Shown: piece by piece, positions 9,373 through 19,225 of the stretch | How positions within the stretch are numbered: the first letter of the stretch is position 1 | How the letters are laid out: every line of letters starts with the position of its first letter | Source: Alphaproteobacteria bacterium | Lineage (GTDB): Bacteria; Pseudomonadota; Alphaproteobacteria; UBA2966 | NCBI GenBank assembly: GCA_018650465.1 | Contig: JABIFY010000104.1 | Coordinates: 6,107 to 70,106 of the forward strand | Length of the DNA stretch: 64,000 nucleotides | Reading direction: 5' to 3' | Program-made: the position numbers and the translations under genes | Notes under the pieces: generated by a model | Seen by the model: only the letters and a program-made list of their open reading frames with translations | The model's database searches: none | Told to the model about the DNA's origin: nothing

Positions 9373-10708
9373 TTTGTATGCCGGCTTCGCGACCGGCGAT
9401 GCGGCCCAGGGTGACGGCTGACAGCAAACCATTGCACGACAAATAACCGCTGCCATCAGTCCCCGAAATACCGCGTGCCGCGCCGCCACCAGCGAACAGG
9501 TTTGGCAAGGTGCTGCCGTCCGGTCGCTGAACGCGGGCATTTGTGTCGACGGCCAAACCACCCTGTGTTTGCAGCAAGGCACCGGTGACCTTGATGGCAT
9601 GATAAGGCGCTGTCAGGGCAGGGGACTTTTCAAGTTTCGCCAGGGTTTCTTCCAGTGCCGGTACGGGCAACTTGCAGGCTTGTGCAAGTGCTGCAGCCGT
9701 CGCGCCGGATTTAATGGCCCTTAAGGTTTGCAGGTTTTTGAAATCTGGAAAACGCATGGCCCCGTCATACAGGCCTTGATCTATCACTGACCAGACGCTG
9801 CCGTCCTGTTGGCAAACGGTTGCCGCCAGTTCCGAGGCCCCCAGGCTTTCATCGCAAAAACGGATCCCCGTTTGGTTGACCAGGATGCCACCGTTATTCA
9901 GCAACGCCCAGGAAACCGTGATGGAGTGCGGCGTGGCAACAGATCCATGACCCTGGAACGCCCCCATGTCTTCACAGGCCGCACCCAAAGCCTGGCCCCA
10001 TAATATCGCTTCTCCCTGGTTGCCTTCATGACCAAAATATATCGATCCCGCCATGTCCGGCAGCCAGCTTTCCACCATGTCCGCGTTGCCACCAAAGCCG
10101 CTTGAGGCCAGCACCAGGGTCTCGCAGCCCAGGCGTTCTATGCTGCCATCGGGACGTGTGATCTGCACGCCCCGCACCCTGTCACCGTCGACAACCAGTT
10201 CTCTGACCGTCGCATTGCAGATGACATCAATGTGGGCGGCATCAACGGCGCGCAAAAGATCGGCCATCAAGTCCGCACCACTGTTCGTCGGTGGGGCATG
10301 GGTGCGCTGGCGACTGTGGCCGGGATAGGGTGGGCCGTCGACCAGCACAAGGTCCATGTTGTGGTGTTTGATCAACCAGTCGATCGTTGGCCCGGACTCT
10401 GTACAAATCGCCGCCAGCAAATCTGGATCAACCCGCCCCCCGGCTTTGGCCTGGATATCGCGGGCGAACAGTTCCGGTGTGTCATCGTGAATGTCTGCGG
10501 CTTTTTGCGGGGAACTGCCACAGGCCGTGATCATGCCTGATGACAAGGCCGTTGAGCCCCTGGGCACCGGGTCGCGTTCCAGCACGATAACTTCAGCGCC
10601 CATGGTATGGGCACTTAGGGCGGCGACCAGACCGCAGGCCCCGCCACCGATGACGACCACGGGAACGGTCAGATCGAATGTGCAGTCAGGATCGTCGATA
10701 ACGGACAT
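9356..10708 (-). CDS. FAD-binding dehydrogenase (fumarate reductase/succinate dehydrogenase flavoprotein-like or KstD-like family). It is the last gene of the minus-strand ebo operon.
   Basis: An N-terminal Rossmann dinucleotide motif is present (VVVIGGGACGLVAALSA). A C-terminal region typical of the FRD/SDH flavoprotein family is present. I placed the start at ATG 10708 (MSVIDDPD). The track ORF extends to 10747 and would overlap eboB. Confidence 0.75.
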   Translation of the reverse strand: MSVIDDPDCTFDLTVPVVVIGGGACGLVAALSAHTMGAEVIVLERDPVPRGSTALSSGMITACGSSPQKAADIHDDTPELFARDIQAKAGGRVDPDLLAAICTESGPTIDWLIKHHNMDLVLVDGPPYPGHSRQRTHAPPTNSGADLMADLLRAVDAAHIDVICNATVRELVVDGDRVRGVQITRPDGSIERLGCETLVLASSGFGGNADMVESWLPDMAGSIYFGHEGNQGEAILWGQALGAACEDMGAFQGHGSVATPHSITVSWALLNNGGILVNQTGIRFCDESLGASELAATVCQQDGSVWSVIDQGLYDGAMRFPDFKNLQTLRAIKSGATAAALAQACKLPVPALEETLAKLEKSPALTAPYHAIKVTGALLQTQGGLAVDTNARVQRPDGSTLPNLFAGGGAARGISGTDGSGYLSCNGLLSAVTLGRIAGREAGIQINALP

Positions 10709-10730
10709 CGGATGTTTGACCGCCAGGCGC

Positions 10731-11648
10731 TTAACCGACAGCGGCATCTTTCAAGGGCGCATCTGCTTCATCAATACGCGGGTTCTGGCCACGCAGGACG
10801 GAGTTATCATCGAACAATGTGCGTTGATCGATGGGCGCCGGGTTGAGCCAGTCTTCTTCGTTGAACTGACCACTTTGGCCATAGGCGTTGATGGCATTTT
10901 GATAGCAGGTCATGTGGATGTGGTGCTGATCAATGCCTTTGCTGGCCATCAGGTTCGCAACCTTGGGCACAGCTAGGGGGTCAGAGACACCCCAGTCGGC
11001 ACTGGAATCACAGATGATCCGTTCCGAACCATATTGGCGCACGACTTCGACCATGCGCTCGTTGCCCATCTTGGTTTGTGGGTACAAGGTGAAAGCGGCC
11101 CAGAATCCCCGGTCCAGTGTTTCCTTGACGGTCTCTTCAACGTTGTGATCAACGATGACCTTGTTGGGGGCCAGTCCGTGTTCCAGACAGACATCCATGG
11201 AACGGCTGGTGCCTTTTTTCTTGTCCCGGTGGGGCGTGTGGATCATGACCAGCATGTCGAGTTCTTTTGCCAGTTCCAACTGGGCCCGGAAATATTTGTC
11301 TTCCGCCGCGGACTGTTCGTCATAGCCGATCTCACCAATGGCGACGACGCCTTCCTTGGTGGCAAAGCGCGGCAAGATATCCATAACTTCTTCCGCCAGG
11401 GCTTCGTTGTTGGCTTCCTTGCTGTTGAGGCCAATGGTGCAATAATGGCTGATGCCAAACTGCGCCGCCCGGAAGCGTTCCCAACCAATCAGCGATGAAT
11501 AATAATCGATAAAGCTGCCGACATTTGTGCGGGTCTGACCCAGCCAGAAGGCGGGCTCGATTACGGCGACAACACCAGCAGCGGCCATGGCCTCATAATC
11601 GTCGGTGGTGCGGGCGCTCATGTGAATGTGCGGATCGATGGTTTTCAT
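10731..11648 (-). CDS. eboB: TatD-family metal-dependent hydrolase (EboB-type).
   Basis: TatD-like N-terminus IDPHIHM and TIM-barrel hydrolase His/Asp/Glu pattern. It sits between the eboA-like and FAD dehydrogenase genes. Confidence 0.7.
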   Translation of the reverse strand: MKTIDPHIHMSARTTDDYEAMAAAGVVAVIEPAFWLGQTRTNVGSFIDYYSSLIGWERFRAAQFGISHYCTIGLNSKEANNEALAEEVMDILPRFATKEGVVAIGEIGYDEQSAAEDKYFRAQLELAKELDMLVMIHTPHRDKKKGTSRSMDVCLEHGLAPNKVIVDHNVEETVKETLDRGFWAAFTLYPQTKMGNERMVEVVRQYGSERIICDSSADWGVSDPLAVPKVANLMASKGIDQHHIHMTCYQNAINAYGQSGQFNEEDWLNPAPIDQRTLFDDNSVLRGQNPRIDEADAPLKDAAVG

Positions 11649-11677
11649 TTTTGTATTCCCCTTAAACCCTTATGTTA

Positions 11678-12556
11678 CTAGGGTTTTGGTGCGTCATTAC
11701 AAACAGTTTCCCAAGAAACGCGTCCGGCTTCAATGTCTGATTTGATCTCTGGTACAGAATTAAGCATGGCTGTGGCTTTTTCGTGCGGGCTTTCCGATAA
11801 GGCCAAAGCCGCTGCCTGGCGCTCGACAATGAGTTCGCGACCCAATGGCCAGCCCAGATCATCAATCAGCTCATCGTTGGCAAAGGGGCCGATCATGCGC
11901 CAAAGTTCAGGCGTTATGGTGCGACTGGCGGCCTGACGTTCATGGGCATAATCAATCAATGTTGTTGCCAGGTCCCGATTGCGACGTCCATCCAGGCCCT
12001 GAATGGGATCAAGCTTGCTGCCGATAAAAATGGCTTTCAGCACCATCTGGTTCCAGGCATTTTCGCCAAAGTTTTCGACCGGGTAGGGATTGTTGTGGGC
12101 TACAGCTTCAAACACAGCCTTCATATTGGTGCGCAGACCCTCGCCCGCCCTGGCAACATAACGTTCCCCGTCGGGATAAAGTGGCAAGCCCTGATAAAAG
12201 GCAATGGATTCGCGAACATCTGCGGTAATGCAGAGTTGCTCCAGGCGGCGGGCAAATTCCGGTCCCTCCGGTGTTGCCGCAAGCATGATCACAAGTCTGG
12301 CTGCCTGATCCACACTCCAGTTCAAAGGGCACCAGCCAGATCGAGCTTCATCTGCGGCTTTCATGTCAGCCGCTGTTAAAATCAGATCAGCTTTGCCAAG
12401 CTTGCGCGGTACCAGACTAACGGCAAGATAGAGATCACGATCAGCCGCGCCATCCAAAGCAGCGGCGCTATCAGTCAGCCAATGGAAGGCCTCGTCGGGC
12501 AATTGCTTTTGCAGCCATTCTTGCATGAGTTCCAGGGGGCGTGTGGGATTGCTCAT
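11678..12556 (-). CDS. eboA: EboA-family protein (function unknown; conserved first gene of ebo clusters).
   Basis: A ~290-aa soluble protein with no other recognisable catalytic motif. It sits immediately between the EboE-like and TatD (EboB) genes, 6 bp after eboE, which matches the eboA position in the canonical cluster. The assignment is by context and overall resemblance, not by a run HMM. Confidence 0.55.
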   Translation of the reverse strand: MSNPTRPLELMQEWLQKQLPDEAFHWLTDSAAALDGAADRDLYLAVSLVPRKLGKADLILTAADMKAADEARSGWCPLNWSVDQAARLVIMLAATPEGPEFARRLEQLCITADVRESIAFYQGLPLYPDGERYVARAGEGLRTNMKAVFEAVAHNNPYPVENFGENAWNQMVLKAIFIGSKLDPIQGLDGRRNRDLATTLIDYAHERQAASRTITPELWRMIGPFANDELIDDLGWPLGRELIVERQAAALALSESPHEKATAMLNSVPEIKSDIEAGRVSWETVCNDAPKP

Positions 12557-12562
12557 ATTTGT

Positions 12563-13774
12563 TTACCCCTCAGCCTCTGGTGTCAGTTGCTGTCGAACCC
12601 AGTTCAACTCACGCACGATAGCGTCGACCACATCTACGTTGCGATATTCCGGCGGCAGGACATTCCAGGTGTAAGTTTCAACTTCAAGATGGCTGGAGAT
12701 TGGTTTTTTACGATGGATGGCCAGTATTTCCCGGATGAAGTTTTGGGTCGTGGCAAATTCACCAAGGTCATCAAGAAATATCGGCACATGAAAATGCACC
12801 CGCCACTCCTCTGCGCTGGCGCCAGCGGCGTGGGACTCAAAGGCCTGTTGCAGATCAATGTGGCGGGTCAGATTGCCGCTGGAATTGGCCACGGTCTGGT
12901 GCAGATAAATCGCATCATCAAAAGGTTTCAACAGCTCCAGCGTGCGATCTGTCACTGGCGCAAAACGCAATCCAGCGCTGATTTGCATTTTGCCGATATT
13001 GATGTTGGCGGCTTCCAGTTTGCGAACGACCTCGTCGGCCTCTTCAAATTCAACTGCCGCATGGCAAAGATCAAGGCAAAGGCCCAGATGACGGCGCAAG
13101 GCCGCTTCAGCGTCTGCCGCATCCAGCGACGTCAATCCCATCAACTGATCACGGGCTGCCGCCGAGAAGAGCCAGGTTTCAAAAAATTCGACGGATTCGT
13201 CTATGGTTTCGATGAAACAACAGGGCTCAGGCTCCAGCGTCAGCGAGATCAGCTTGCCCGTGCGCTGATGGATGTCGACCAGATGGGCCGCGTGCCGGAC
13301 CATGTTTTCCATAATTTCAGTGATATCACGGTCGGACATGATCAGGGTTTTGAACGCGCCAGGCACGGTACTGATACTGCCGTCCATACCATCCGGCAAT
13401 ATATCTGCCAGAATATCAGCCAGCTGGTTGGTGTATGTCAGACGGGCGTTGTCCCGCCAGTCCGGCAGATAAACATTTTCTTTGACCGGCGTGCCGTGAA
13501 AGTCGCCGTAGGGAAAACCGTTCAGGGTAAAGACATATAGATTCTGCTGTGCAAGAAAATCTTTGAATTCAGCCAGGGCTTCTGGCCGGGCCATGTCGTT
13601 GGCTGCAATGGCCGATAACCGTAAACCCATACCAAAGGCTTCATCCGGGACCAGTGCCGCCTTGGCCCGCGGTAAATAATTTTCCAGGCTGGCACGTACA
13701 TCAGGCCAGGTTTCCCCAGGGTGAATGTTGGTGCAATAGGTTAGATGACAATCACCGTCGGGATCGAGTTTCAT
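12563..13774 (-). CDS. eboE: Xylose-isomerase-like TIM-barrel protein, EboE-type ('metabolite traffic protein EboE').
   Basis: N-terminus CHLTYCTNIHPGE and sugar-phosphate isomerase/epimerase-like barrel signature. It is the first gene of the minus-strand operon and is followed by eboA and eboB. Confidence 0.7.
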   Translation of the reverse strand: MKLDPDGDCHLTYCTNIHPGETWPDVRASLENYLPRAKAALVPDEAFGMGLRLSAIAANDMARPEALAEFKDFLAQQNLYVFTLNGFPYGDFHGTPVKENVYLPDWRDNARLTYTNQLADILADILPDGMDGSISTVPGAFKTLIMSDRDITEIMENMVRHAAHLVDIHQRTGKLISLTLEPEPCCFIETIDESVEFFETWLFSAAARDQLMGLTSLDAADAEAALRRHLGLCLDLCHAAVEFEEADEVVRKLEAANINIGKMQISAGLRFAPVTDRTLELLKPFDDAIYLHQTVANSSGNLTRHIDLQQAFESHAAGASAEEWRVHFHVPIFLDDLGEFATTQNFIREILAIHRKKPISSHLEVETYTWNVLPPEYRNVDVVDAIVRELNWVRQQLTPEAEG

Positions 13775-13805
13775 ACGTGATCGTCCGTTTCAGGTTCCAG
13801 GTGAA

Positions 13806-13858
13806 AATTCATAGGTAAAACTTCATAGGTAAAATTTCATAGGCAAGATTTCATAATG
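13806..13858. promoter_or_regulatory. Array of four imperfect ~14-bp direct repeats (consensus wTTCATAGGyAArA), 32-85 bp upstream of the eboE start codon. It is a candidate operator/iteron for the minus-strand ebo operon.
   Basis: Read directly: ttcataggtaaaa at 13808-13820 and at 13822-13834, ttcataggcaaga at 13836-13848, and tttcataatg from 13849. Confidence 0.4.
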
Positions 13859-14062
13859 TCAAAAAGTCTGACGCCGCGGCCTAATTTATGGCCCTGCGGC
13901 TATTCATGACCTGCTTGTCCCGAAATCCACAAATTCGCCAGCCTGATCAAACTTCAATCCGGTTTAGTAAAGTTTATTAACGTACTCGCATTTTTGGTCC
14001 CTGTAACCTGACGTCTGGAAAATCTCTTGGCGTTTGCGCCAAGTGCGCCATTGAAGGCAGCG

Positions 14063-14100
14063 TCCAGCAGGAACTCAAGCGCCCAGCAGGAACTCAAGCG
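14063..14100. repeat. Perfect 19-bp tandem duplication (yCCAGCAGGAACTCAAGCG x2) in the eboE / PQQ-dehydrogenase intergenic region.
   Basis: Read directly from the sequence. Confidence 0.6.
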
Positions 14101-14464
14101 ACGCACCCACAAGGTTTGCATCTTTCCAACTATCGGATCTCTTGAACGCTTCGTCAGCGCAGTTCTCGTAGAAATTGACGGCAAAAGGGAAAACAGGACG
14201 GCTGATTACGGCAAAGTGAAATTTCAAAACATCTGGTTGCTTAATCCCTTTTTGTCAGTAAACTTGTTTGGCGGAGGGGTGTTGAAATAATCAATATTAT
14301 TTAATCTCATATCTATTTCACATCTTAAGACCCCTTTTTGGGCGTTTTTGAAACCCCTTTTGGGGAATTATGTGGTCTAACTTTAGCTTGTAAAATCAAT
14401 GTGTTGCTAAAGTTTCACTCTACCGATAACAACTAATAACAGTTAATACAGGAAGAGGTATATT

Positions 14465-15760
14465 GTGCACAAATTACAAAAATTAGCTGTATCTGCAGCT
14501 GTATCCTTGGCGTTTATTGGCAGTCCTGCCATGGCCTTGGATGTTAAAGTTGAGGCCTTTGCAACAGGACTTGAATCTCCTATTGACCTCAAGGAAGCAC
14601 CCGATGGTACCGGGCGAATTTTCATCATGGAGCAGACAGGCGCGATTGTCGTGGTCAATGCCGACGGTACGATGAGGGCAAAACCATTTCTTGACCTGAG
14701 TGCCAAGATCGTCAAGCAATATGTCCGCTTTGATGAGCGGGGCACGCTGGGGTTTGCATTCCATCCAGACTATAAGAATAATGGCAAATTTTATGTCTAT
14801 TCCAGTCGGGAAATTGTGCGTGAAGCAGAAGGTTTGACCCACGAGATTTTCGGCAACCACACCGCCTATCTTTCCGAGTACAAAGTATCCGATAACCCCA
14901 ATGTTGCTGATGCTGGTTCGGAACGTGTGCTGATGAAGATCGAACAGCCACAATTCAATCACAACGGCGGTACGATGGGATTTGGACCTGACGGCAAACT
15001 TTATCTCGGCCTTGGCGATGGTGGATTTGCCGATGACTGGGGTTGGGGCCATAATAAAGCGACAGGCAACGCGCAGGACTTAAGTAACCTTTTAGGCAAG
15101 ATTTTGCGGATCGATGTAGATTCAAAGTCTGAAGGTCTTGAGTACGGGATTCCAGCGGACAATCCCTTTGTTAATCAAAAGGGTGCCCGGGGCGAGATCT
15201 TCGCATATGGTTTCCGCAACCCTTGGCGGATGACCTTCGACACTGGCGGCACGAACGAACTCTTCGTGGCCGACGTTCAACAGAACAGTTACGAGGAAGT
15301 GGACATCGTTACCAGTGGCGGCAACTACGGCTGGCGCGTAATGGAAGGAACTCACTGCTTCGATTACCACAACCCGAATGACCACCTGAAGTCCTGTGAT
15401 TCCAAAAACATGATTGCTCCAATCATCGAGTACAATCACTGTGTCAAGTTCAAGGGCAAAAATTGCGATGGTGTGAACGTGATTGGTGGTTCTGTCTATC
15501 GCGGCAGCCACAAGGCGTGGCAGGGTAAATACATCTTTGGCGACTGGAGCATGACCTTCGGTGGCAGCAGTGGCAGGCTTTATGCTGCGACCAAAAGTGG
15601 TGGCAAATGGAGCTTCGAGCGTGCCAATGTGACCAATGATAAATTCAAAACTCATATCCTGGCCGTTTTACAAGACCTTAAAGGCAATGTTTACGCCTTA
15701 ACGTCGGGTTCTATGGGGCCATTCGGCTCTCGCGATACAGTCTATAAGATCGTACCGTAA
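14465..15760 (+). CDS. Periplasmic PQQ-dependent sugar dehydrogenase (soluble glucose/sorbosone dehydrogenase, SGDH beta-propeller family), paralogue 1.
   Basis: GTG start with an AGGAAGAGG ribosome-binding site. Signal peptide with the AMALD cleavage region. GSDH family motifs are present (RGTLGFAFHPDY; HNGGTMGFGPDGKLYLGLGDGG). Confidence 0.8.
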   Translation: MHKLQKLAVSAAVSLAFIGSPAMALDVKVEAFATGLESPIDLKEAPDGTGRIFIMEQTGAIVVVNADGTMRAKPFLDLSAKIVKQYVRFDERGTLGFAFHPDYKNNGKFYVYSSREIVREAEGLTHEIFGNHTAYLSEYKVSDNPNVADAGSERVLMKIEQPQFNHNGGTMGFGPDGKLYLGLGDGGFADDWGWGHNKATGNAQDLSNLLGKILRIDVDSKSEGLEYGIPADNPFVNQKGARGEIFAYGFRNPWRMTFDTGGTNELFVADVQQNSYEEVDIVTSGGNYGWRVMEGTHCFDYHNPNDHLKSCDSKNMIAPIIEYNHCVKFKGKNCDGVNVIGGSVYRGSHKAWQGKYIFGDWSMTFGGSSGRLYAATKSGGKWSFERANVTNDKFKTHILAVLQDLKGNVYALTSGSMGPFGSRDTVYKIVP

Positions 15761-15894
15761 GTCTGAATAAACCGGAAAGAAGCCTGGTCGTCCAAGGGCG
15801 GCCAGGCTTCTGCCGTTTACAGAACAATTTCCGCTGTTTGTATTGTTTGATTTCATTTCGAAAAGACGAATTTCTCAGATAGAAAAGACGAATA

Positions 15895-16332
15895 ATGACG
15901 AAGCTACTCCAGTTCACTTGTTTTGCTCTGACTTCAGGTCCCCGTCTCCAGCCAACCACTTTCTTTCCAGGATTGCGCAAGTCTCCCGCTTCCTTGGCTG
16001 GCATCGCGCTGGTGCTTTTTGTCTTTTGCATTGCTGGAGGTGCCCCAAGCGCAAACGCCTCGCCTGAGGCCAAAGCGCTCCTACTGGAAAAAGGGTGTGG
16101 TGGCTGCCACTATATTCCCGGAGTTGAAGACGCCTACGGCGATGCCGGGCCGTCCCTGAAGGGTATGAAAACGCGAAAACGCCTGCTTGGGGGGAAGCTG
16201 AAAAACACCCCGGAAAACATGAAGGCTTGGCTGATGAATCCTGGATCGGTAAAATCGGGCACTGTGATGCCCAATTTAGGTCTTACCAACGAAGACGCTG
16301 ATATCATGATCGAATATTTCAAAAAAATCTAA
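15895..16332 (+). CDS. Small c-type cytochrome (mono-haem, CxxCH), secreted.
   Basis: Haem-binding motif CGGCHYIP with a downstream Met ligand region (GTVMPN). A hydrophobic signal segment is present (IALVLFVFCIAGGAPSANA). The true start is probably internal to the track ORF, near 15960-15990. Confidence 0.65.
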   Translation: MTKLLQFTCFALTSGPRLQPTTFFPGLRKSPASLAGIALVLFVFCIAGGAPSANASPEAKALLLEKGCGGCHYIPGVEDAYGDAGPSLKGMKTRKRLLGGKLKNTPENMKAWLMNPGSVKSGTVMPNLGLTNEDADIMIEYFKKI

Positions 16333-16618
16333 GACCTCCAGGCAAACGTCCAAATGCTACACGCCCTCTTTCGTCTTCAAGCGTATTACCAATTGATTCC
16401 GGAAAATGCCGGCATGGGAAGAGGCTTATGACCGCGACGAACGTATTGCTGATGTCGCCTGGATCCTGCATTGCAAGTTCGCTCTGTAGATGTGAGTCGA
16501 ACGCCGGGGCATCTCTTCCGCTCCCGGCATTATCGAACTCGTTTGTGTCAATGCGCCACAAAACCCGTTTGACCCGTTCGGCGACAATCCGGGCCAACAG
16601 CAAAGGACGAGGTCGGGA

Positions 16619-17737
16619 ATGAGTGATCCTTCCATTCGTCAACGCAAACTGGATCATGTCGCGCTCGCCATGAGCGATGCGGCGGTCTCTGCCTGTGATC
16701 CAGGCTGGTCCGACGTAACCCTTGTGCCGGTCACCTTGCCAGAGACAAGCCCGGACGATGTTGATCTCGCGTTGAGCTTTCTGGGCTTTGATTTGCGGGC
16801 GCCCATTTTAATTGCGGGCATGACAGGTGGCCATCCGGACGTCGAAAAAATTAATGCCGCCCTCGCCACTGCCGCGCAGGCCCATGGCGTGGCCATGGGT
16901 GTGGGCAGCCAGCGTGCCGCTTTGCTCGACCCTGATCTGGTGCCGTCCTATGCCATTGTCCGCCAACATGCGCCCGATGCCTTTATTTGCGGCAATATCG
17001 GCATTTCGCAGGTTCTGGAAGGTGAGACCGGCACAGACATATTGGCCCGGCTGGTCGACATGGTCGAAGCCAACGCCCTGGCCGTCCATATCAATGTCCT
17101 GCAGGAACTGGTGCAGCCGGAAGGTGATATTAAACCCGGTGGTGCGTTTGAGGCCCTCGGCAACATGGTGGCCAAATCGCCGGTGCCGGTGATTGTCAAG
17201 GAAACCGGCTGTGGCTTTGATCAGGTTACCGCAAACCGGCTAAAGGATACCGGGATTGCGGCCATTGATGTCGGCGGCATGGGCGGGACCAGCTTTACCC
17301 TGATCGAAGGTATGCGTGCAGAAACAGCCAGGGACCGACGCGGTGCACGCCTGGCCCAAACCTTTTCCACTTGGGGTATTCCGACGGCCTGCAGTGTGTT
17401 GGAAGTTCGCGACACCGGTTTGCCGATTATTGCCACAGGCGGCATTTCAGATGGACTTCAGGCCGCAAAGGCCTTGTCGCTGGGCGCACATCTGGTTGGC
17501 ATTGGCCGCAAGATGTTGACCGCAGCCGTTGCGGGACCAGAGGCCGCTGTCGAAGAACTGGGGCTGATTATTGAAGAAATCAGAATCAGTCTGGCTTTAA
17601 GTGACTGCCGTAATCTGAAACAATTTGCGACACGTCAATCGGTGTTGTCCGGCAAGGTCGCTTTGTGGCAGGCCCACAAGCAACTCACGAAGAGCGCTGA
17701 CGGCAGCGACGAAAAAAATATCGGGGGAACAGACTGA
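16619..17737 (+). CDS. fni: Type 2 isopentenyl-diphosphate delta-isomerase (FMN-dependent IDI-2).
   Basis: IDI-2 hallmark motifs are present: RKLDHV (RKxxH), IAGMTGG, MGVGSQR, AVHINVLQELVQPEGD and VIVKETGCG. The protein is 372 aa. Confidence 0.85.
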   Translation: MSDPSIRQRKLDHVALAMSDAAVSACDPGWSDVTLVPVTLPETSPDDVDLALSFLGFDLRAPILIAGMTGGHPDVEKINAALATAAQAHGVAMGVGSQRAALLDPDLVPSYAIVRQHAPDAFICGNIGISQVLEGETGTDILARLVDMVEANALAVHINVLQELVQPEGDIKPGGAFEALGNMVAKSPVPVIVKETGCGFDQVTANRLKDTGIAAIDVGGMGGTSFTLIEGMRAETARDRRGARLAQTFSTWGIPTACSVLEVRDTGLPIIATGGISDGLQAAKALSLGAHLVGIGRKMLTAAVAGPEAAVEELGLIIEEIRISLALSDCRNLKQFATRQSVLSGKVALWQAHKQLTKSADGSDEKNIGGTD

Positions 17738-19114
17738 ATGCGCAAGACGGTTGTCATCAATGTGGTGGGGTTGTCGCCTTCGATGGTAGGGGCGAACACA
17801 CCGAACCTAAAAAAACTCAGCGATAAAGGCGGCATACGACCCCTGCACACGGTCACCCCGGCAGTGACCTGTGCCTCACAAGTCACCTATCTGACGGGCA
17901 CCTTGCCAAGTGAGCATGGCATTGTGGGCAACGGCTGGTTCTTCAAGGATTTGTCGGAAATCTGGTTTTGGCGCCAATCCAATAAACTGATCAAGGGCGA
18001 ATGGGTCTGGGAGACGGCCAAGGCGCGCGACAAGACATTCACCTGTGCCAATATGTTCTGGTGGTACAACATGTACCTCACGGCGGATATTGGCGTGACG
18101 CCGCGGCCCATGTATCCAGCCGACGGGCGCAAGTTGCCAGACTGTTATGCCAAGCCAGAAAGCTTGCGGGTTGAGTTGACCAAGAAACTTGGACGTTTTC
18201 CCCTGTTCCGGTTTTGGGGACCAGCTACGGACATCTCATCCAGTCAGTGGATTGGTGATGCGACCGTTCATGTGCGCGAAACCAGTGACCCGACCTTGAC
18301 CCTGGTCTACTTGCCGCACCTTGATTACAACCTGCAACGCCTTGGCCCCGACCATCCTGATATTGCCGTCGACCTGCGCGAAGTGGATGGGGTTTGTGGC
18401 CAGATTATCGACCAGGCCGAAGCCGATGATGCCCGGATCATTGTATTGTCGGAATATGGCATCACGCCCGTCAATCGTCCCGTCCATCTAAATCGTGTGT
18501 TGCGCCAGGCTGGCCTCATTCAGGTGCGCGAGGAAGAGCACGACAAAGAGATACTTGATCCCGGTGCCAGCGGGGCTTTCGCCGTGGCAGATCATCAGAT
18601 CGCCCATATATATGTCAACGACAAAAGCCGTCTGGCGGAAATCAAAAGCCTGATCGAAGCCCAGCCCGGCGTCGAGGAAGTGCTGGATGCCGCTGGCAAA
18701 GTGGAACGTGGCCTCGATCATGACCGGGCAGGGGATCTGGTGGCAATTTCAGATGCGGACAGCTGGTTTACTTATTATTATTGGCTTGACGATGCCAAAT
18801 GCCCGGACTTTGCCCCCACCGTCGAAATCCATCGCAAGCCGGGTTACGATCCGGTGGAACTGTTCATGGACCCGGCGATTACCTTCCCCAAGGTTGCGAT
18901 CATTTGGCGGCTGGTCAAAAAAATACTGGGCTTTCGTACCCTGATGGATGTCATTCCGCTGGATGCCAGCCTGGTCAAGGGATCGCATGGGCGACCCACA
19001 GACGACGATCAAGAAGGGGCTGTCTTCATGACCTCTGACGCCGCCTTCGCCGAAGAGGGGCCATTAGCCCCCACAGCCGTTAAGGACATGATCCTGCGTC
19101 ACGTGTTTGAATAA
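17738..19114 (+). CDS. eboF: Alkaline-phosphatase-superfamily nucleotide pyrophosphatase/phosphodiesterase (EboF-type).
   Basis: Type I phosphodiesterase/NPP family N-terminus (VVINVVGLSP...TPAVTCASQVTYLTGTLPSEHGIVGNGWF), with a Thr nucleophile context. The start codon abuts the fni stop, which suggests translational coupling. Confidence 0.72.
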   Translation: MRKTVVINVVGLSPSMVGANTPNLKKLSDKGGIRPLHTVTPAVTCASQVTYLTGTLPSEHGIVGNGWFFKDLSEIWFWRQSNKLIKGEWVWETAKARDKTFTCANMFWWYNMYLTADIGVTPRPMYPADGRKLPDCYAKPESLRVELTKKLGRFPLFRFWGPATDISSSQWIGDATVHVRETSDPTLTLVYLPHLDYNLQRLGPDHPDIAVDLREVDGVCGQIIDQAEADDARIIVLSEYGITPVNRPVHLNRVLRQAGLIQVREEEHDKEILDPGASGAFAVADHQIAHIYVNDKSRLAEIKSLIEAQPGVEEVLDAAGKVERGLDHDRAGDLVAISDADSWFTYYYWLDDAKCPDFAPTVEIHRKPGYDPVELFMDPAITFPKVAIIWRLVKKILGFRTLMDVIPLDASLVKGSHGRPTDDDQEGAVFMTSDAAFAEEGPLAPTAVKDMILRHVFE

Positions 19115-19225
19115 ATTATGTAATATGTCTAACGATGGACAAATAATCACATTTATGGCTAGGCTGACACTTGAGATTGATCATCGGGGGATGATTGGAG
19201 CCGATCATTTGGGGATGGCAAATTA

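Noticed and set aside
12482-13540. 352-aa plus-strand ORF
   Set aside because: It is antisense to the EboE-like gene. Its composition is low-complexity and Gln/Arg/His-rich, and it has no motif.
16619-17737. Alternative reading as an FMN-dependent alpha-hydroxy-acid dehydrogenase
   Set aside because: The RKxxH, (I/V)AGMTGG, MGVGSQR and VHxNxxQExxQPEG motifs are specific for type-2 IPP isomerase.
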